NCBI GenBank assembly: GCA_028713575.1
Contig: JAQTOB010000004.1
Location: 30,001 to 62,000 of the forward strand
Direction of reading: 5' to 3'
From: Patescibacteria group bacterium
GTDB taxonomy: Bacteria > Patescibacteriota > Patescibacteriia > UBA2591 > UBA6264
DNA: 32,000 nt
Below, one piece after another: positions 30,095 to 32,000 of this stretch; the first letter of the stretch is position 1, and each line of letters begins with the position of its first letter. The translations under genes were made by a program, and so were the position numbers. Below the pieces are notes generated by a model that made no database searches, was not told the origin of the DNA, and was given only the letters and a program-made list of their open reading frames with translations.

Positions 30095-30427
30095 TTTTTT
30101 AAAAAAGTATTCGCAATATTTAGATAAATTCGTAATTTAGAATTATTTAACTAACTAACCATTAATATAATTTTCCCCCTTGGTGAAAGTTGATTCTCTG
30201 TCGATAGTCAGCGATTAGCTAATCCTTCGCGGGAATTAAAGGTCGAGCTCAATTTTGAGAAATTTTCGGACATCGGGATATCCCCCGAGAGTTTCAAGAA
30301 AAGAGCGGGGTAAAAATAATAAATATACGAATAATCATGAATTATAAAACAAAATACCAATCGCGAATTCGTGATTAGTTAAAATTCGTTCAAAATTCGT
30401 GAAAATTCGTAATAATTAGAGGATTAA

Positions 30428-32000
30428 ATGAATAAACTTAAAAAATTGATTGCTTTGGGAACAACCGTTTCAATGCTTTTGAGTTTAGTAGTGGTGATGC
30501 CTGCTCGAGCCGTGACCATCGCCGATGGCGATTTGGTTATGACCACCAGCAGCTCTGCTGTTTACTATATTCAAGGAGCGTATAAACGCGTTTTTCCTCA
30601 TTATAATGTCTATCTTTCTTGGGGCTATCCTTCTGATTTTTCTACCGTTAAAACGGTCAGCACTTCGGAATTAGCCTCTTATACCGACGCCAATCCAATG
30701 CCGTTCCGCGACGGAGCGCTCTTCCGCGGCACTGCTGCCAGTTTAGGCGATAAAGATGCAACTGCTGTTTTTTATGTTGAAAACGCTCAGCTTCGCCCTG
30801 TTTTATCAGAGCAAGTTTATCAAGCGTTATTCAAAGATACAGACTGGGCAAAAGTTACTTGGGTTCCTGATGATTTATTGAGCAAATTCAATTATGAAAT
30901 GGGCTCAAATCTTTCTTCATCTTCAACCCATCCTGATGGCAGTTTGGTCAAGTATTCTAACTCAGACCAAATTTATGTCATTGAAAGCGGAAAAAAGAGA
31001 GCGATTTCTGCTACGGCTTTTGATGCCAACCGCTATAGTGTCGCCAATGTCATTACCATTGACTCAAGCGAAACTTATGCTAACGGTTCGGCTGTCACTG
31101 GCGTTGAATCCAGCTTATTAACACCAGGTTGGCTTGGAACCACTGTTGCTTCCGGTGCTTTGACCGCGAGTTTATATAACCCTCCGGCTGGCGCCACTAT
31201 TCCGAACAAAGCTACTAATGTTTCTCTTTTAAAAGTTAAATTAACCGCGGGTAATACCGCTGCCACTATTAGTGGTTTGACTTTTAAGAGGAGTGATTTG
31301 GGCGCAACCACTGATTGGGACACCCTTTATGTTTATGAAGGGAATGATTGTATTACTCCCAATGGCCGTAGCTTAAGTTCGGACGACCATACTGTTGAAT
31401 TCGCGGTAAACATTAGCGTTCCTGCTAATGGTTATAAAGTTCTTGAATTGCGCGGTGATTTGAAAGCCGGTGGCGCGACCGCCAACAACCGCCATGCTTT
31501 CCAAATAACTGAGGTAGCAACTTCAGCCACGGTTAGCGGCTTGCCTTTAACTGGCAATGTGATGATTGTCGGCTCGGTCAATGTAACCACTGCTATTATC
31601 AGCGCCGGCACCCTTCCGATCAATCCTTCGGTCGGTGCTCAGGACGCCGAAATCGCCAACTTTAAGATTCAGGCCGGCGATAACGACATTACTTTCAGCC
31701 AGATCGTCTTCACCTTTGCTGGCACTATGTCCAGAGGCGATATCACTAATCTTAATCTTTATTTGCTTGGTGAAACCGAATCTTTGGCGAGTGTTTCCGG
31801 TATCGCTTCCAACGACACCTTCACTTTGACTCTTGATTCTCCCTATGTCATTACTAAAGGACAGACCAAAAATTTTGTGTTAAGAGCTGATTTGACTGGT
31901 GAAGTCGGACGAACTTTGGAGATGTATATGGAAGAAACCTATCATTTGGCGGTTAGCGACAACGAATATAATTTCGGCGCCGCTGTCACCAATAGTTTTG
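30428..32000 (+). CDS. S-layer-like / cell-surface protein (3' end outside the window)
   Basis: It is absent from the ORF track because it has no stop in the window. The ATG at 30428 is preceded by GAGGA. The signal peptide is MNKLKKLIALGTTVSMLLSLVVVMPARA. A ~190-aa domain homologous to the giant protein C-terminus follows, then repeated beta-sandwich modules (ATNVSLLKVKLTAGNTAATISGLTFKR.., AEIANFKIQAGDNDITFSQIVFTF..). Confidence 0.85.
   Translation, partial: MNKLKKLIALGTTVSMLLSLVVVMPARAVTIADGDLVMTTSSSAVYYIQGAYKRVFPHYNVYLSWGYPSDFSTVKTVSTSELASYTDANPMPFRDGALFRGTAASLGDKDATAVFYVENAQLRPVLSEQVYQALFKDTDWAKVTWVPDDLLSKFNYEMGSNLSSSSTHPDGSLVKYSNSDQIYVIESGKKRAISATAFDANRYSVANVITIDSSETYANGSAVTGVESSLLTPGWLGTTVASGALTASLYNPPAGATIPNKATNVSLLKVKLTAGNTAATISGLTFKRSDLGATTDWDTLYVYEGNDCITPNGRSLSSDDHTVEFAVNISVPANGYKVLELRGDLKAGGATANNRHAFQITEVATSATVSGLPLTGNVMIVGSVNVTTAIISAGTLPINPSVGAQDAEIANFKIQAGDNDITFSQIVFTFAGTMSRGDITNLNLYLLGETESLASVSGIASNDTFTLTLDSPYVITKGQTKNFVLRADLTGEVGRTLEMYMEETYHLAVSDNEYNFGAAVTNSF

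Noticed and set aside
47-31829. Many short ORFs in the track that lie antisense or out of frame inside well-supported genes. Examples are 47..259, 1852..2055, 2114..2314, 3653..3934, 5171..5377, 7071..7295, 9829..10522, 13299..13619, 14697..14936, 17586..17871, 19138..19329, 21281..22027, 24164..26510 and 30894..31829.
   Set aside because: Each is fully nested in a longer ORF with clear family motifs, has no recognisable motif of its own, and often has skewed composition typical of off-frame translation.

Overview
AT-rich bacterial chromosomal segment using the standard genetic code (TAA, TAG and TGA all terminate genes). By inference from gene content and style it resembles a Candidate Phyla Radiation / Patescibacteria (Parcubacteria-type) genome. 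Gene order: ligA (3' part), gatC, gatA, a GC-rich non-coding island, a membrane thioredoxin-fold protein, lgt, comFC (-). Then a type IV pilus block: pilM, pilN-like, pilO-like, a small membrane ORF, pilB, a degenerate pilT-like gene, pilC. Then tRNA-Val(CAC), a secreted Gln/Asn-rich protein, mutM, a small membrane protein, tRNA-Pro(CGG, -), MFS, queH, a four-helix-bundle protein, two hypotheticals, a GIY-YIG mini-nuclease and an HtrA/PDZ-like protein. The window ends with a 1580-aa NHL-repeat surface protein, an ECF sigma factor, a DUF5667-type anti-sigma-like protein and an S-layer-like surface protein that runs off the window. The most unusual content is non-coding. Roughly 2 kb consists of several families of GC-rich perfect palindromes joined to a shared AT-rich module. 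They sit directly after stop codons, once inside lgt, and as large arrays between pilT and pilC, after the giant surface gene, and between the sigma and anti-sigma genes. Their partial copies break at the hairpin apex. Next to them lie apparent fossil copies of host gene ends (gatA 3' end, giant-gene 3' end, comFC 5' end). Other points of interest: two families of short phased tandem motifs that run up to start codons (8-mer AATGTTCT-type and 11-bp-spaced TTCGYA-type), an unassigned ~200-nt GC-rich island (candidate structured RNA), a PilT paralog with every ATPase motif degenerate, an HtrA-like protein lacking the catalytic His, a GIY-YIG gene bracketed by 20-bp inverted repeats with ATG-TAG at its start, and a ~190-aa domain shared by the C-terminus of the giant protein and the N-terminus of the S-layer-like protein. 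All functional readings of the repeats are inference. No database search could be run.
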